Shown piece after piece: positions 17,898 through 29,393 of a DNA stretch of 64,000 nt. The DNA comes from an uncultured Verrucomicrobiae bacterium (GTDB lineage Bacteria > Verrucomicrobiota > Verrucomicrobiia > Chthoniobacterales > JAATET01): NCBI GenBank assembly GCA_963719495.1, contig CAVRCI010000007.1, forward strand, positions 32,001-96,000. The letters are read 5' to 3'. The notes beneath the pieces are model-generated. The model did no database searches. It saw only the letters and a list, made by a program, of their open reading frames with translations, and had not been told where the DNA came from. A program made the translations under genes and the position numbers. Positions within the stretch are counted from its first letter, which is position 1. Each line of letters starts with the position of its first letter.

Positions 17898-18343
17898 CGG
17901 ACTTCCAGGATGAAGATGAGCCGTCCCTTGCCCCACTGCGGGCCGCGGATGAACAGCGGAGCATCCCGGGCCAGCTCGACGTCGGACGTCAGGATGAACC
18001 GATCGTCGGCGTAGAGCTCGAGCCCGACTTGGTAAGCGGCCTCGGTGCGTCCACGCACCCGCATCTTGAGAAAAAACCGCTTCGTCGGGACGACCCATTC
18101 CTCGGTGCCCGCAAGGATCTTCTCCTTGTCGTCCTCGAGCAGGTAATAGGTGTTGTAGCCAAAAACCTCATGGATCTGGTCCACGTAAGGTTCGAGACCT
18201 TCCGACGGTGGCTTCGGCGGTTCCTCCGTGGTCGCCAGCACCAGCCCGGTCCAGATCCGATCCGCCGCCCGCGTCGTGGGCAGACTTCCTCCGAGCAGCG
18301 CAAGGCTCAGAGCGAGAATTGCGAACCGTCCCAGCATTTTCAC
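17894..18343 (-). CDS. Hypothetical secreted protein
   Basis: Signal peptide MLGRFAILALSLALLGGSLPTTRA; coupled to both neighbours. Confidence 0.7.
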   Translation of the reverse strand: MKMLGRFAILALSLALLGGSLPTTRAADRIWTGLVLATTEEPPKPPSEGLEPYVDQIHEVFGYNTYYLLEDDKEKILAGTEEWVVPTKRFFLKMRVRGRTEAAYQVGLELYADDRFILTSDVELARDAPLFIRGPQWGKGRLIFILEVR

Positions 18344-18843
18344 AACCGCTCCGTCGGGGCAATGTATCCGGCTCCCTCGACCCAGAGGACCGATCCGCGC
18401 CCACCCGGCGCGGCGAAGACGTAGGCGTTCGCGGCCGGATCCTGCGATTGAGCGTCGATCACTCGCGTGACGAATTCCGAACTCGCTGACCCGCCCGTTT
18501 GCCCGGTCAACCAGAGCCCGGTCAAAGCCGCCGCGGCGATCAGCAGTAGTGATCCCGCCCACGCCAACCGGGAGATCGGGAAGAGGCCGCCACTTTTGCG
18601 CTCGGGTCTCGCCGTCGCGGTCCGCTCCCGCTCGATGGCCTGGAGAACCTGCGAATTCAGAAAATCCCCGTGCGCCAGTTTCGCCCCCGGGACCTCGCGG
18701 CGCACGCGCTCCCGAATGACCGCCCATCCGTTTCGTTCCCGGGTCGCCGTGTCGAGGTCGGTCAACTCCCGCTCGAACTCCAGCCGCTCGGCATCGTCCA
18801 TCGTCCCATCGACCCACGCCGTGTGTCGTTCCTCAAAGCTCAT
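18340..18843 (-). CDS. Putative membrane anti-sigma factor
   Basis: AWVDGTM..AERLEFE N-terminus, one TM helix, directly after an ECF sigma. Confidence 0.75.
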   Translation of the reverse strand: MSFEERHTAWVDGTMDDAERLEFERELTDLDTATRERNGWAVIRERVRREVPGAKLAHGDFLNSQVLQAIERERTATARPERKSGGLFPISRLAWAGSLLLIAAAALTGLWLTGQTGGSASSEFVTRVIDAQSQDPAANAYVFAAPGGRGSVLWVEGAGYIAPTERL

Positions 18844-19420
18844 CGTAAAGGTCCCTCAGTTCAGTTTGCATTTTTTTCCGGGCGTAAAAGAGCCGCGACA
18901 TCACGGTTCCCATCGAGCAATCCGCGATTTCCGCGATCTCCTTGTAGGACAAATCTTCGACCTCCTTGAGCACGATCACTTCGCGATGATCGGGGCTCAG
19001 CGTCGCGAGCGCGCGCTCGAAACGTTCCTGAAATTCACTCCACTCGACGCCCGCGCCCGGCGCGTCGGGTTGCGCCGGCGTCGTCCGCGAGGCGGCTTCG
19101 ATGGCCATGGGCCCGACGTCGAATTCCGCCTGCGGCCGCACCTGTTTCTTACGCAGGAGGTCGATCGCGGCGTTCCGCCCAATCCGGCAGAGCCAGGCGA
19201 CGAATTGCGAACTCCCGTCGAAGCGCGCGAGCGACTTCCACGCGCGGATGAACGTCTCCTGCGTGAGATCCAGGGCGTCTTCGGAATTTCGGATGATGGA
19301 ATACGTGACCATGTAAACGCGTTGGCGGTGTCGCGTCATGAGCTCGTCGAACGCGGACGTGTCCCCCTCGCGACTCTTCGCGACGAGCGTCACGTCCTCC
19401 ACGGCGACCTCCTGACTCAT
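18833..19420 (-). CDS. ECF RNA polymerase sigma factor (RpoE-like)
   Basis: GDTSAFDEL, DLTQETFIRAW, LSYKEIAEI, GTVMSRLFYARKK. Confidence 0.92.
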   Translation of the reverse strand: MSQEVAVEDVTLVAKSREGDTSAFDELMTRHRQRVYMVTYSIIRNSEDALDLTQETFIRAWKSLARFDGSSQFVAWLCRIGRNAAIDLLRKKQVRPQAEFDVGPMAIEAASRTTPAQPDAPGAGVEWSEFQERFERALATLSPDHREVIVLKEVEDLSYKEIAEIADCSMGTVMSRLFYARKKMQTELRDLYDEL

Positions 19421-19462
19421 GAGGTAACGCCCCCGCTCTGGAATATATTCACCCAGGATCCG

Positions 19463-20191
19463 CTAAAGTTCCCCGCGCCGCCGCTTCAACTCCACGCGAT
19501 ACTCGCTCATCAGATCGACGATCTTTTCGCGCACCGGGAAGAGCAATTCCGTGAGCGCGCCCAGCTCGGCCTCCGTCACGAGCCCACCCTCGTGCAGCCG
19601 ATAGGCGGCGTTCAGTGTGTCCGTCGCGGCCTTCAAACTGCGCTTCAGATAGGCGATGGTCATCCCGACCTCGGAGTAATCGTCGCCGCACAGCGCGGCC
19701 GCCAGTTTCGCCCCACAGATCGCGACCCGTGACGCCATCTCGACGGCCTGCGGATGGTTTTTCAGCTCGTCCTTCTCCTCGACCAAAGTGAAGACCCGTC
19801 GGTTCAATTCCATGCTCTGCAGGTAGACTTCGGAGTTCTGCAGTTCGTCGAAACTGGCGTCCTCGTCGTCCTCATCCTCGTCGTCGTCCTCGATGTCGAC
19901 GATCTCGATCTCCTCGTCGTCTTCCTCTTCGTCACCATCCTCGTCGTCCTCGTCGTCGGTCGAAAACGTGACGGTTTGCCATTCCTCCGAGACTTCGTCT
20001 TCGTCGTCGTCTTCGTCCATCACGTGATTCCAACCCATCTCGCGGGCGATGATCTCGTCGCGGTCGGGGTGGTCGGAATACTTCTCGAAGAGCGCGAAGT
20101 ATTGGTCGGTCTTGCGGTCCTGCTGCTGCAGAAAGCGTTCCCACTCGTACTCGTCCCATAGCTCGGGACACCCGAATTCGTCGTCCGGCAT
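19463..20191 (-). CDS. Hypothetical protein with a long acidic (D/E) tract
   Basis: WDEYEWERFL N-terminus, poly-D/E linker, helical C-terminus. Confidence 0.75.
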   Translation of the reverse strand: MPDDEFGCPELWDEYEWERFLQQQDRKTDQYFALFEKYSDHPDRDEIIAREMGWNHVMDEDDDEDEVSEEWQTVTFSTDDEDDEDGDEEEDDEEIEIVDIEDDDEDEDDEDASFDELQNSEVYLQSMELNRRVFTLVEEKDELKNHPQAVEMASRVAICGAKLAAALCGDDYSEVGMTIAYLKRSLKAATDTLNAAYRLHEGGLVTEAELGALTELLFPVREKIVDLMSEYRVELKRRRGEL

Positions 20192-20203
20192 AAGGGAAAA
20201 TTT

Positions 20204-21283
20204 TTAGAGCACCCCCGCGGCGTCTGCAACGGGTTTCTCGCGCTCGGTCTGGAGTCGGAGTTGGCCGCAGGCTGCCGCGATGTCGTGGCCCTTCTCGCGT
20301 CGCAGCGTGGCCGACACTTTTGCCGCATGCAGCACGTCGACAAACTCCTCGCACACCTCGTCCGCCGGACGCTCCCATTCCAATCCCTCGACCGAGTTGT
20401 AGGGGATCACGTTCACCTTCGCATTCAGCTTCCGCACGATCCGCGACAGCGCCACGGCTTGATCCGGCGAGTCGTTCACACCTGCGATGAGAATGAACTC
20501 GAACGTGATCTTCTGCTTCTTGCGTTCGCAGTAGTAAGCGCACGCGTCGAGCAGCTCCGCCAACGGATGCTTACGGTTCACCGGCATGATCTGGTCGCGC
20601 ACCTCGTCGGTCGCACCGTGCAGCGAGACCGCGAGTCGCACCTGCAGCGGCTGATCCGCCAGGTCGCGGATGCGCGGTGCCAGGCCGCTGGTCGAGACCG
20701 TGACGTGACGCGCGCCGACGTTCGGCCCCCACGGCGCGTTGAGAATCCCGATGGCGCGCATCACGTTGTCGTAATTCGCAAATGGCTCGCCCATGCCCAT
20801 GAACACGAGGTTGTTCACCCGCTCGCCCGCGATCGCCTCGGCCTGCAGCAGTTGGTCGACGATCTCACCCGCGTCGAGGTTCCGCCTGAAACCATCGATC
20901 CCACTCGCGCAAAACCGGCACCCGTAGGCGCACCCGACCTGCGACGACACGCAGAGCGTCCGCCGGTCCGACGCCCCGCCGTAGAGCGCGGGCGACGCCG
21001 GGATGAGCACGGTCTCGATCAATTGACCGTCGTGCAGCCGGAACAAAAACTTCCGAGTCGTGTCGACCGATCCCTCGGTCCGCACCAGCTCCAGCGGCCG
21101 GTCCCGATACTCGCCCGCCAGACGCTCGCGCATCGCCAGCGGCAGGTTCGTCATTTGGGAAAAATCCCCCACCCGCTTTTCGTAGAGCCACTCGATCACC
21201 TGTCTCGCGCGATAGGCCGGATCACCCGCGTCGCGGAAACGGCCCGCCAGTTCGTCGAGTGTGAGCGCCTTGATCGAATTCAT
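20204..21283 (-). CDS. rlmN: 23S rRNA m2A2503 methyltransferase RlmN
   Basis: CVSSQVGCAYGCRFC, MGMGEP, IAAACGQL. Confidence 0.95.
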   Translation of the reverse strand: MNSIKALTLDELAGRFRDAGDPAYRARQVIEWLYEKRVGDFSQMTNLPLAMRERLAGEYRDRPLELVRTEGSVDTTRKFLFRLHDGQLIETVLIPASPALYGGASDRRTLCVSSQVGCAYGCRFCASGIDGFRRNLDAGEIVDQLLQAEAIAGERVNNLVFMGMGEPFANYDNVMRAIGILNAPWGPNVGARHVTVSTSGLAPRIRDLADQPLQVRLAVSLHGATDEVRDQIMPVNRKHPLAELLDACAYYCERKKQKITFEFILIAGVNDSPDQAVALSRIVRKLNAKVNVIPYNSVEGLEWERPADEVCEEFVDVLHAAKVSATLRREKGHDIAAACGQLRLQTEREKPVADAAGVL

Positions 21284-21342
21284 CGCCTCGCAATCTAGCA
21301 TCGACTTGCCCGGCGAAAAGTCGGAACCCTTCCCCGGTCTCC

Positions 21343-22137
21343 ATGTCCGCCGATCCGACCGACATTTTTGTCATCATGGCCAGATTCCGGGCCGACCGAC
21401 GCGAACACGTCCTCGTCCTCGTCACCGCGACCCGCGGCAGCACGCCCCAGGACGCCGGAGCCCGGATGATCGTGACCAGCGACGGCCTCGCCGCGGGCAC
21501 CGTCGGAGGCGGCAAAGTCGAAGCGGCGGCGATTCGCCAAGCGGCTGAATTGTTGACCGCCTCGTCCGCCCCCCGCACCTCGACGGTCGAATGGAATCTC
21601 CAACGCGACGTCGGAATGACCTGCGGCGGCACGATGTCGTTCTACTTCGAAATCCACCGCCCCGCCGCCTGGACGATCGCGCTCTTCGGCGCCGGCCACG
21701 TCGCGGCCGCCCTCGTCCCCGTCCTCGCGCCGCTGGAGTGCCGCGTCCTCTGCCGGGACCCCCGGCCGGACTGGATCGCGTGCCTTCCCACCGCTCCAAA
21801 CGTGATGGCCACTGTCACCGATCCCCTGGCCGACTCCGTCGCGGATCTCCCGGACGACGCGTTCGCCGTCTTGATCACTCAGGGCCACGCGACGGATTTT
21901 CCGGTTCTCCGTCGCCTCCTCGAGACCCGCAACCTGCCGTTCATCGGCGTCATCGGCAGCCGTTCGAAGCGCGCCGTCCTCGAGCGCGAACTCCGCGAAG
22001 CCGGTCTTTCAGCCGAACGCGCCAGCGCCTTCGAGTGCCCGCTCGGCCTCCCCGTCGGCTCGAACCATCCACCCGAGATCGCGATCAGCATCGCCGCCGG
22101 CCTGCTGGCCGCGCGGGATCGTCATCGTGGAGAATAA
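21343..22137 (+). CDS. xdhC: Xanthine dehydrogenase accessory protein XdhC
   Basis: GSTPQDAGARM, GTVGGGKVE, GMTCGG, FGAGHV, IGVIGSRSK, PPEIAISIAA. Confidence 0.9.
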   Translation: MSADPTDIFVIMARFRADRREHVLVLVTATRGSTPQDAGARMIVTSDGLAAGTVGGGKVEAAAIRQAAELLTASSAPRTSTVEWNLQRDVGMTCGGTMSFYFEIHRPAAWTIALFGAGHVAAALVPVLAPLECRVLCRDPRPDWIACLPTAPNVMATVTDPLADSVADLPDDAFAVLITQGHATDFPVLRRLLETRNLPFIGVIGSRSKRAVLERELREAGLSAERASAFECPLGLPVGSNHPPEIAISIAAGLLAARDRHRGE

Positions 22138-22877
22138 TCCTGCTCCGAGACGATCTCGAAATTCCCGTCCGCCTTCGCTCTCAAGCGGAACTCTTTCGTA
22201 AAGTAAAATGCGTCCCGCTCCGAGAAGCTCGCGATCGCTTTGACGCTCCCGTCCGGCATCCGCTCGATCGAATCCACCCGCAGCACGACTCCGCGCTCCA
22301 GGGTCCGCCGGTCCAGGATCCCGTCCCGGGACGCCAACATCGCCCGCGAGACCGGCAGCATTGTCAATCCGGCTTCCCCGGCATCGGACGCTTGCTGCAG
22401 ACGCTCGATCACCAACGCCGGCGGTTCGTCCCCGAATTCTCCCGATCCGAGGAAAAAAGTCGTCACGTCCTCCGCAAAGCCGAGTTCACGGTACTGCAGC
22501 ATCCGGCGGAACACGGCCTCCATCACGGCGACATCCTCCGCCTTGCCGGGATAGGCCGGCTCCCGGGCGATACTCGCCGCGAGCCGGTCGTCCAGCGAGG
22601 CCGGCTTGCCGGGCGATCCCAGCAACACACCCTCGACGCTGCTCGCCGAACGAGCCGGACCCGAGGCCGACTTTTTCACCGTCAAACGTTGCCGATGGAC
22701 GGCGGTCTCCTGAGTGTCCCGATTCGCTTTGAGCTCCAATTCCTCCGAGCGAGTCTCGTATTGCCGCTCGTAGAGCTCCGCATCGGTGATCTCCCTCACG
22801 GTGTAGGGATACGGTTTGTCCTGGGCGGGTAGGACGACCGGAATGAGGAGACAGACGACCGCCAACGGATACTTCAT
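22122..22877 (-). CDS. Hypothetical secreted protein
   Basis: Signal peptide MKYPLAVVCLLIPVVLPA; host-like codon usage. Confidence 0.65.
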   Translation of the reverse strand: MKYPLAVVCLLIPVVLPAQDKPYPYTVREITDAELYERQYETRSEELELKANRDTQETAVHRQRLTVKKSASGPARSASSVEGVLLGSPGKPASLDDRLAASIAREPAYPGKAEDVAVMEAVFRRMLQYRELGFAEDVTTFFLGSGEFGDEPPALVIERLQQASDAGEAGLTMLPVSRAMLASRDGILDRRTLERGVVLRVDSIERMPDGSVKAIASFSERDAFYFTKEFRLRAKADGNFEIVSEQDYSPR

Positions 22878-22959
22878 CGACTCTATTTATCTCGCCATCA
22901 CTCCGAAGTCGATGGCGGAAAGACTGGCGCGCCCTCCGGGATTCGGTATCGTCCTGCCG

Positions 22960-23778
22960 ATGCGTAGACAGCCAGTGCCGGTCGGCAATCGCGAGATTGG
23001 CGGGAAAAAACCGCTTTTCGTTCTCGGACCCTGCGTCATCGAGAGCCCGGCGTTCACGCGGCGAATGGCGAAAAAAATCCACGCGATCTGCGGCGACCTC
23101 GGCGCCGACTACGTCTTCAAAGCCTCCTACGACAAGGCGAACCGGAGCTCCGTGAAATCCTTCCGCGGCACCGCCACCCGCGACGGGTGCCAGCTCCTCG
23201 CCGAGATCGGAGCCGACCTCGGCGTCCCGGTCACGACCGACGTTCATTCGCCCGAGGAAGCCACGATCGCCGCCGAGTTCATCGACCTACTGCAAATCCC
23301 CGCTTTCCTCTGCCGCCAGACCGACCTCATCACGGCCGCCGCCGAGACCGGCCGCACCGTAAACGTGAAGAAAGGCCAATTTCTCGCCCCCTGGGACATG
23401 CGCAACGTCGCCGACAAACTCACCGCCGCGGGCTGCAAAAATTTCTGCTTCACCGAGCGCGGCACCACCTTCGGCTACAACAACCTCGTCGCCGACATGC
23501 GCTCGATCCCGTGGATGCGGGAGCTCGGCGTCCCAGTCATCTTCGACGCCACGCATTCCGTCCAACGTCCCGGCGGTGGCGGCGACACGACCAGCGGCGA
23601 CGGCGAGCTTGCCCCGGTCCTCGCCCGGGCCGCGGTCGCCGCGGGTTGCGACGGTGTTTTTATTGAAACTCACGAGAATCCCTCTAAAGCCTTGTCCGAT
23701 GGCCCGAACCAAGTCCCGCTGCGGAAGCTCCCCGCGCTCCTCCGCCAACTTCAGGCCCTTCACGATGCGGTCCACTAG
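22960..23778 (+). CDS. kdsA: KDO8P synthase
   Basis: GPCVIES, FKASYDKANRSS, QIPAFLCRQTDL, KKGQF, DATHSVQ. Confidence 0.95.
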   Translation: MRRQPVPVGNREIGGKKPLFVLGPCVIESPAFTRRMAKKIHAICGDLGADYVFKASYDKANRSSVKSFRGTATRDGCQLLAEIGADLGVPVTTDVHSPEEATIAAEFIDLLQIPAFLCRQTDLITAAAETGRTVNVKKGQFLAPWDMRNVADKLTAAGCKNFCFTERGTTFGYNNLVADMRSIPWMRELGVPVIFDATHSVQRPGGGGDTTSGDGELAPVLARAAVAAGCDGVFIETHENPSKALSDGPNQVPLRKLPALLRQLQALHDAVH

Positions 23779-24259
23779 TCGCTTCCTCCTCGGGGCCGTC
23801 GCCTTTCTGACGCTCACTTCGTCCGGCTTCGCCGAGTCGAAAGCGAAGGAAGCCGACGCGGAATCCGCCGCGCAACCCAGCGAGGAGGAAGCCATGTTCA
23901 AGGAGCTGCCCGTCGGCGAGACTTTCGAGGGAGTCCGAATCCCGCAGATGGATTCCAACGGAAATCTGCGGATGCTCTTCGACACCAAAAAGGCGACCCG
24001 GATCGACGACAGCCACATCGACATGGAGAAACTGGCCATCGAGATCGTCAACGACGACGGCACCACCTTCAACGTCTCGATGCCCCACTGCGTCTTCGAC
24101 CTCGACACCAACATCCTCGACAGCGACACGCCGGTCGAAATCCGCCGCCAGGATTTCATCATCACGGGCGACACCGCGAAGTTTCACACCAAGACGAAGT
24201 TCGGCCGCATCATCGGCAACGTCAAAATGATCATTTTCAACACGGAAGACATCGAATGA
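23765..24259 (+). CDS. lptC: LptC-like LPS export protein
   Basis: Position between kdsA and lptA; N-terminal hydrophobic segment; beta-rich. Confidence 0.65.
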   Translation: MRSTSRFLLGAVAFLTLTSSGFAESKAKEADAESAAQPSEEEAMFKELPVGETFEGVRIPQMDSNGNLRMLFDTKKATRIDDSHIDMEKLAIEIVNDDGTTFNVSMPHCVFDLDTNILDSDTPVEIRRQDFIITGDTAKFHTKTKFGRIIGNVKMIIFNTEDIE

Positions 24260-24837
24260 GTAATCGCCTGATCCCCATCGCCACCGCCCTCTGCTTCGCC
24301 TTCACCGGCTCCGTCGTCGCGCAATCGAACTCCGCGACGATGAACCCCAACGGCGGCAAAAAAGACAAAGCCGCCGGCCTCGGCCTCCTCCAGAAGGACC
24401 GCCCCAAGGGCGCCAAGACCGAGATCACCGCCGAAGACGAAGCCACCTTCGACAACGAGGCCAACCTCGCCACCTTCAAGGGACGCGTCGTCGTCAAGGA
24501 CCCGCAATTCACCCTCTTCTGCGACGTCCTCGAGGTCTTCCTCAACGCCGAGCGCAAGGGCATGGACCGCGCCGAAGCCACCGGCAACGTCGTCATCATT
24601 CAGGAGAACGTCGACGACCAGGGCGACATCGTGAAATCCATCGGCCGCGCCGGCAAAGCTCTCTTCGAACCCGACACCGGCGACATCACCCTCACGATCT
24701 CGCCGCAGATCCAGCAGGGGATCAACAACCACGTCGCCGCCACCCCCGAGACGGTCATGATCCTCAACCGCGCGGGCAAACTCACGACCGTGGGCAAGAG
24801 CCGCACCACGATCGTCGACGCCACGGAAACCCCCTGA
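24256..24837 (+). CDS. lptA: LptA/OstA family protein
   Basis: Signal peptide; TEITA, ATFKGRVVV, AEATGNVVI. Confidence 0.8.
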   Translation: MSNRLIPIATALCFAFTGSVVAQSNSATMNPNGGKKDKAAGLGLLQKDRPKGAKTEITAEDEATFDNEANLATFKGRVVVKDPQFTLFCDVLEVFLNAERKGMDRAEATGNVVIIQENVDDQGDIVKSIGRAGKALFEPDTGDITLTISPQIQQGINNHVAATPETVMILNRAGKLTTVGKSRTTIVDATETP

Positions 24838-25629
24838 ATGAGCGCCGCCCCATCGAACCTCACCGAGAGCGCCGATTCCGCCAAAAAGGAAAAAGGCGAC
24901 CACGCCAAGCCGCTCCTCCAGACCAGCCAGCTCGTCAAAGTCTACGGCGGCCGCGCCGTCGTCAACGGCGTCGACATCAACGTCAAACAAGGCGAAATCG
25001 TCGGCCTCCTCGGCCCCAACGGAGCCGGCAAAACGACGACGTTCTACATGATCGTCGGCCTCGTCCGGCCAAACGGCGGAGCCGTCCACTTCTCCGGCAA
25101 GGACGTCACCCACCAACCCATGTACAAGCGCGCCCGCGAAGGCATGGGCTACCTCCCGCAGGAGGAATCCATCTTCCGCAAACTCACCGTCGAACAGAAC
25201 ATCCTCGCCATCCTCGAGACCACCAAACTCAACAAGAAAGCCCGCAAAGCCCGCTGCGAAGAGCTCCTCACCCAGTTCGGCATCGAGCACCTCAGCAAAA
25301 ACTACGCCCTCACGCTCTCCGGCGGCGAGAAGCGCCGCCTCACCATCGCGCGCTCCCTCGTCACGAACCCCACCCTCCTCATGCTCGACGAACCGTTCAG
25401 CGGCGTCGACCCAATCGCGGTTCACGATGTCCAGCAGATCGTCAAAGACCTGCGCACCGCCGGCCTTGCCATCATCATCACCGATCACAACGTCCGTGAG
25501 ACGCTCAACATCGTCGACCGAGCCTACCTCATCTTCGAAGGACAAGTCGTCAGCCAAGGCAACAAAGACTTCCTCCTCAACGACCCAATCAGCCGCAAAC
25601 TCTACCTAGGCGAAACCTTCACGATGTAG
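24838..25629 (+). CDS. lptB: LPS export ABC ATPase
   Basis: GLLGPNGAGKTTTFYM, YLPQEESIFRKL, LDEPFSGVDP, ITDHNVRETL. Confidence 0.95.
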   Translation: MSAAPSNLTESADSAKKEKGDHAKPLLQTSQLVKVYGGRAVVNGVDINVKQGEIVGLLGPNGAGKTTTFYMIVGLVRPNGGAVHFSGKDVTHQPMYKRAREGMGYLPQEESIFRKLTVEQNILAILETTKLNKKARKARCEELLTQFGIEHLSKNYALTLSGGEKRRLTIARSLVTNPTLLMLDEPFSGVDPIAVHDVQQIVKDLRTAGLAIIITDHNVRETLNIVDRAYLIFEGQVVSQGNKDFLLNDPISRKLYLGETFTM

Positions 25630-25677
25630 AAAAGCGGAAGCCGGGTCACGCCGAATCAGCGGCCCCTCCCCCCAACC

Positions 25678-25753
25678 TGTCATTCTGAGCGAAGCGAAGA
25701 GCCATCGACCGCCTTTCACTTCAGTCACCTCTCATAAAGGCAATCTCTGGCTT
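25678..25753. repeat. TGTCATnnnGAGCGAAGCGAAG...TCTCTGGCTT REP-like family (8 copies in window)
   Basis: Other copies: 27280-27313, 36298-36331, 37671-37704, 44043-44074, 56612-56689, 56750-56783 (inverted), 63743-63776; all intergenic. Confidence 0.85.
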
Positions 25754-25881
25754 ACACTTCCAACCGTCCGCACACGAATTCCGACCTAACCTCACGTAGG
25801 TCGCCCGAACACACCAGCCAAGCTCCACCAATCACCATTCACGAGTCACCCATCACGGGTAATCCCTCCTCCCCCCCCAGA

Positions 25882-26835
25882 ATGCCCACTCAGATCGTCA
25901 AACACATCAAGGTCGGCGACTTCTACGCCAACCACGCCGACATCCTCGGCATGCGCCTCGAAGGCCTCTCCCTCGGCATGAACCGCCGCATCCGCGAGCC
26001 CACCATCAACCGCCCCGGCCTCGCCCTCTCCGGCTTCTACAGCTATTTCGCCGGGAAGCGCATTCAGGTCATCGGCAGCGCCGAGCTCAGCTACCTCAAG
26101 TCCCTGAAAGGTCCCGTCCTCAAGGAACGCGCCCGCGAACTCTTCTCCCGCAACATTCCCTGCCTCGTCATTGCCCGCAACGCGAACGTCCCGGAGATCC
26201 TCCTCCAGCAGGCCGCCGAATTCGAGACCCCCATCTTCCGCACGCCGATGATCACGATGAAGTTCATCAACGCGGCCACCATCGCCCTCGAGGCCGAGTT
26301 CGCCCCCAAGACGTCCGAGTTTGGCAGCATGGTCGACATTCAAGGCATCGGCACCCTCGTCCGCGGCGACAGCGGCATCGGCAAGAGCGAGTGCGTCCTC
26401 GGCCTCATCGAACGCGGTTACAGCCTCGTCAGCGACGACATGACCCGGCTCCGCGCCTTCGAAGGCCGCGAACTCATCGGCACCTCCCACGACCTCACCC
26501 GCTTTCACATGGAAGTCCGCGGCATCGGTATCATCAACGTCGCCAACGTCTTCGGCGTCGGCAGCGTCCGCCCCGAGAAGAAGCTCGACCTCGTCGTCAC
26601 ACTAAAGGATTGGCACCAGGTCGAGAACGTTGATAGACTCGGAATCGATCGTGAATACTACGAGATCCTGGGCATCCGAGTGCCGCACGTCATTCTCCCC
26701 GTGCGCACCGGGCGTGATTTGGGTCGCCTCGTCGAAGTCGCCGCGCTCGACCAAAAACTGAAGACCATGGGCCACAACACCGCGTTGGAGTTCAACGAAC
26801 GTCTTCTCAGCCGAATGAATCAGAATCCCGATTAA
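25882..26835 (+). CDS. hprK: HPr kinase/phosphorylase
   Basis: INRPGLALSG, GDSGIGKSE, LVSDD, MEVRGIGII. Confidence 0.95.
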   Translation: MPTQIVKHIKVGDFYANHADILGMRLEGLSLGMNRRIREPTINRPGLALSGFYSYFAGKRIQVIGSAELSYLKSLKGPVLKERARELFSRNIPCLVIARNANVPEILLQQAAEFETPIFRTPMITMKFINAATIALEAEFAPKTSEFGSMVDIQGIGTLVRGDSGIGKSECVLGLIERGYSLVSDDMTRLRAFEGRELIGTSHDLTRFHMEVRGIGIINVANVFGVGSVRPEKKLDLVVTLKDWHQVENVDRLGIDREYYEILGIRVPHVILPVRTGRDLGRLVEVAALDQKLKTMGHNTALEFNERLLSRMNQNPD

Positions 26836-26840
26836 GTCAC

Positions 26841-27149
26841 ATGGGTCTTTTATCCAGGAGAAAACCGGCCGACAACGCCGCCAGTTGCACCCGCGAAGTC
26901 GTCGTGCAGAATCGTAACGGCCTCCACGCCCGCCCAGCCGCCATGCTGGTCAAAATCTCGAGCCGCTTCCGGTCCGAGATCTGGGTCGAGAAGGACGGAG
27001 AGCGGGTCAACGGCAAGAGCATCATGGGCCTCATGATGCTGGCCGCCGGCAAGGGATCGAAACTGAACCTCATCGCTGAAGGTGCCGACGCCGAGAAAGC
27101 GCTGGAAGAAATCGGCACCCTCATCGAAAGCCGCTTCGGCGAAGAATAA
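26841..27149 (+). CDS. ptsH: HPr phosphocarrier
   Basis: GLHARPAA, NGKSIMGLMML. Confidence 0.92.
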   Translation: MGLLSRRKPADNAASCTREVVVQNRNGLHARPAAMLVKISSRFRSEIWVEKDGERVNGKSIMGLMMLAAGKGSKLNLIAEGADAEKALEEIGTLIESRFGEE

Positions 27150-27480
27150 CCGCGCGGCGGGCAAAGGCGAAGCCTCCCCAATCCCGGAGGGCGAGGCTCC
27201 CGCCGAGCCGAAACCATCTCCCAAGACGTTCGCCCCACGACGACCCACTCCGCCTCAACCAGCAAGGCTCCTCCAACCCTGTCATGTTGAGCGAAGCGAA
27301 ACATCTCTGGCTTACGAAGTCCTAACCTCCCGTTCCGGCACGACGGCAACGCTCGGAGAATCCCAGGCCCCGCTCACCAAAGCACGGACTCGCCGTCGAA
27401 AAACCATCAGTCCGTCCAAACTCCCCCGACCCGCAACCCATTCTCTGGACGCACCTAATGATTTCCGCTACGTCTGCCGG

Positions 27481-29244
<1,764 letters not shown>

Positions 29245-29393
29245 GTTCAAGGAGCGGCGGCCTCCAGCCGCCGGGGAGCGCACGCGTCCCCGCGTGCGAG
29301 ATGCGGCGTCCCGCCGCATCACTCGGCAAGTCGAGCGAAGCGAGAGAGCCGAATCCACCCACTAATCACCCCTCACCAGTCACCATTCACCAG

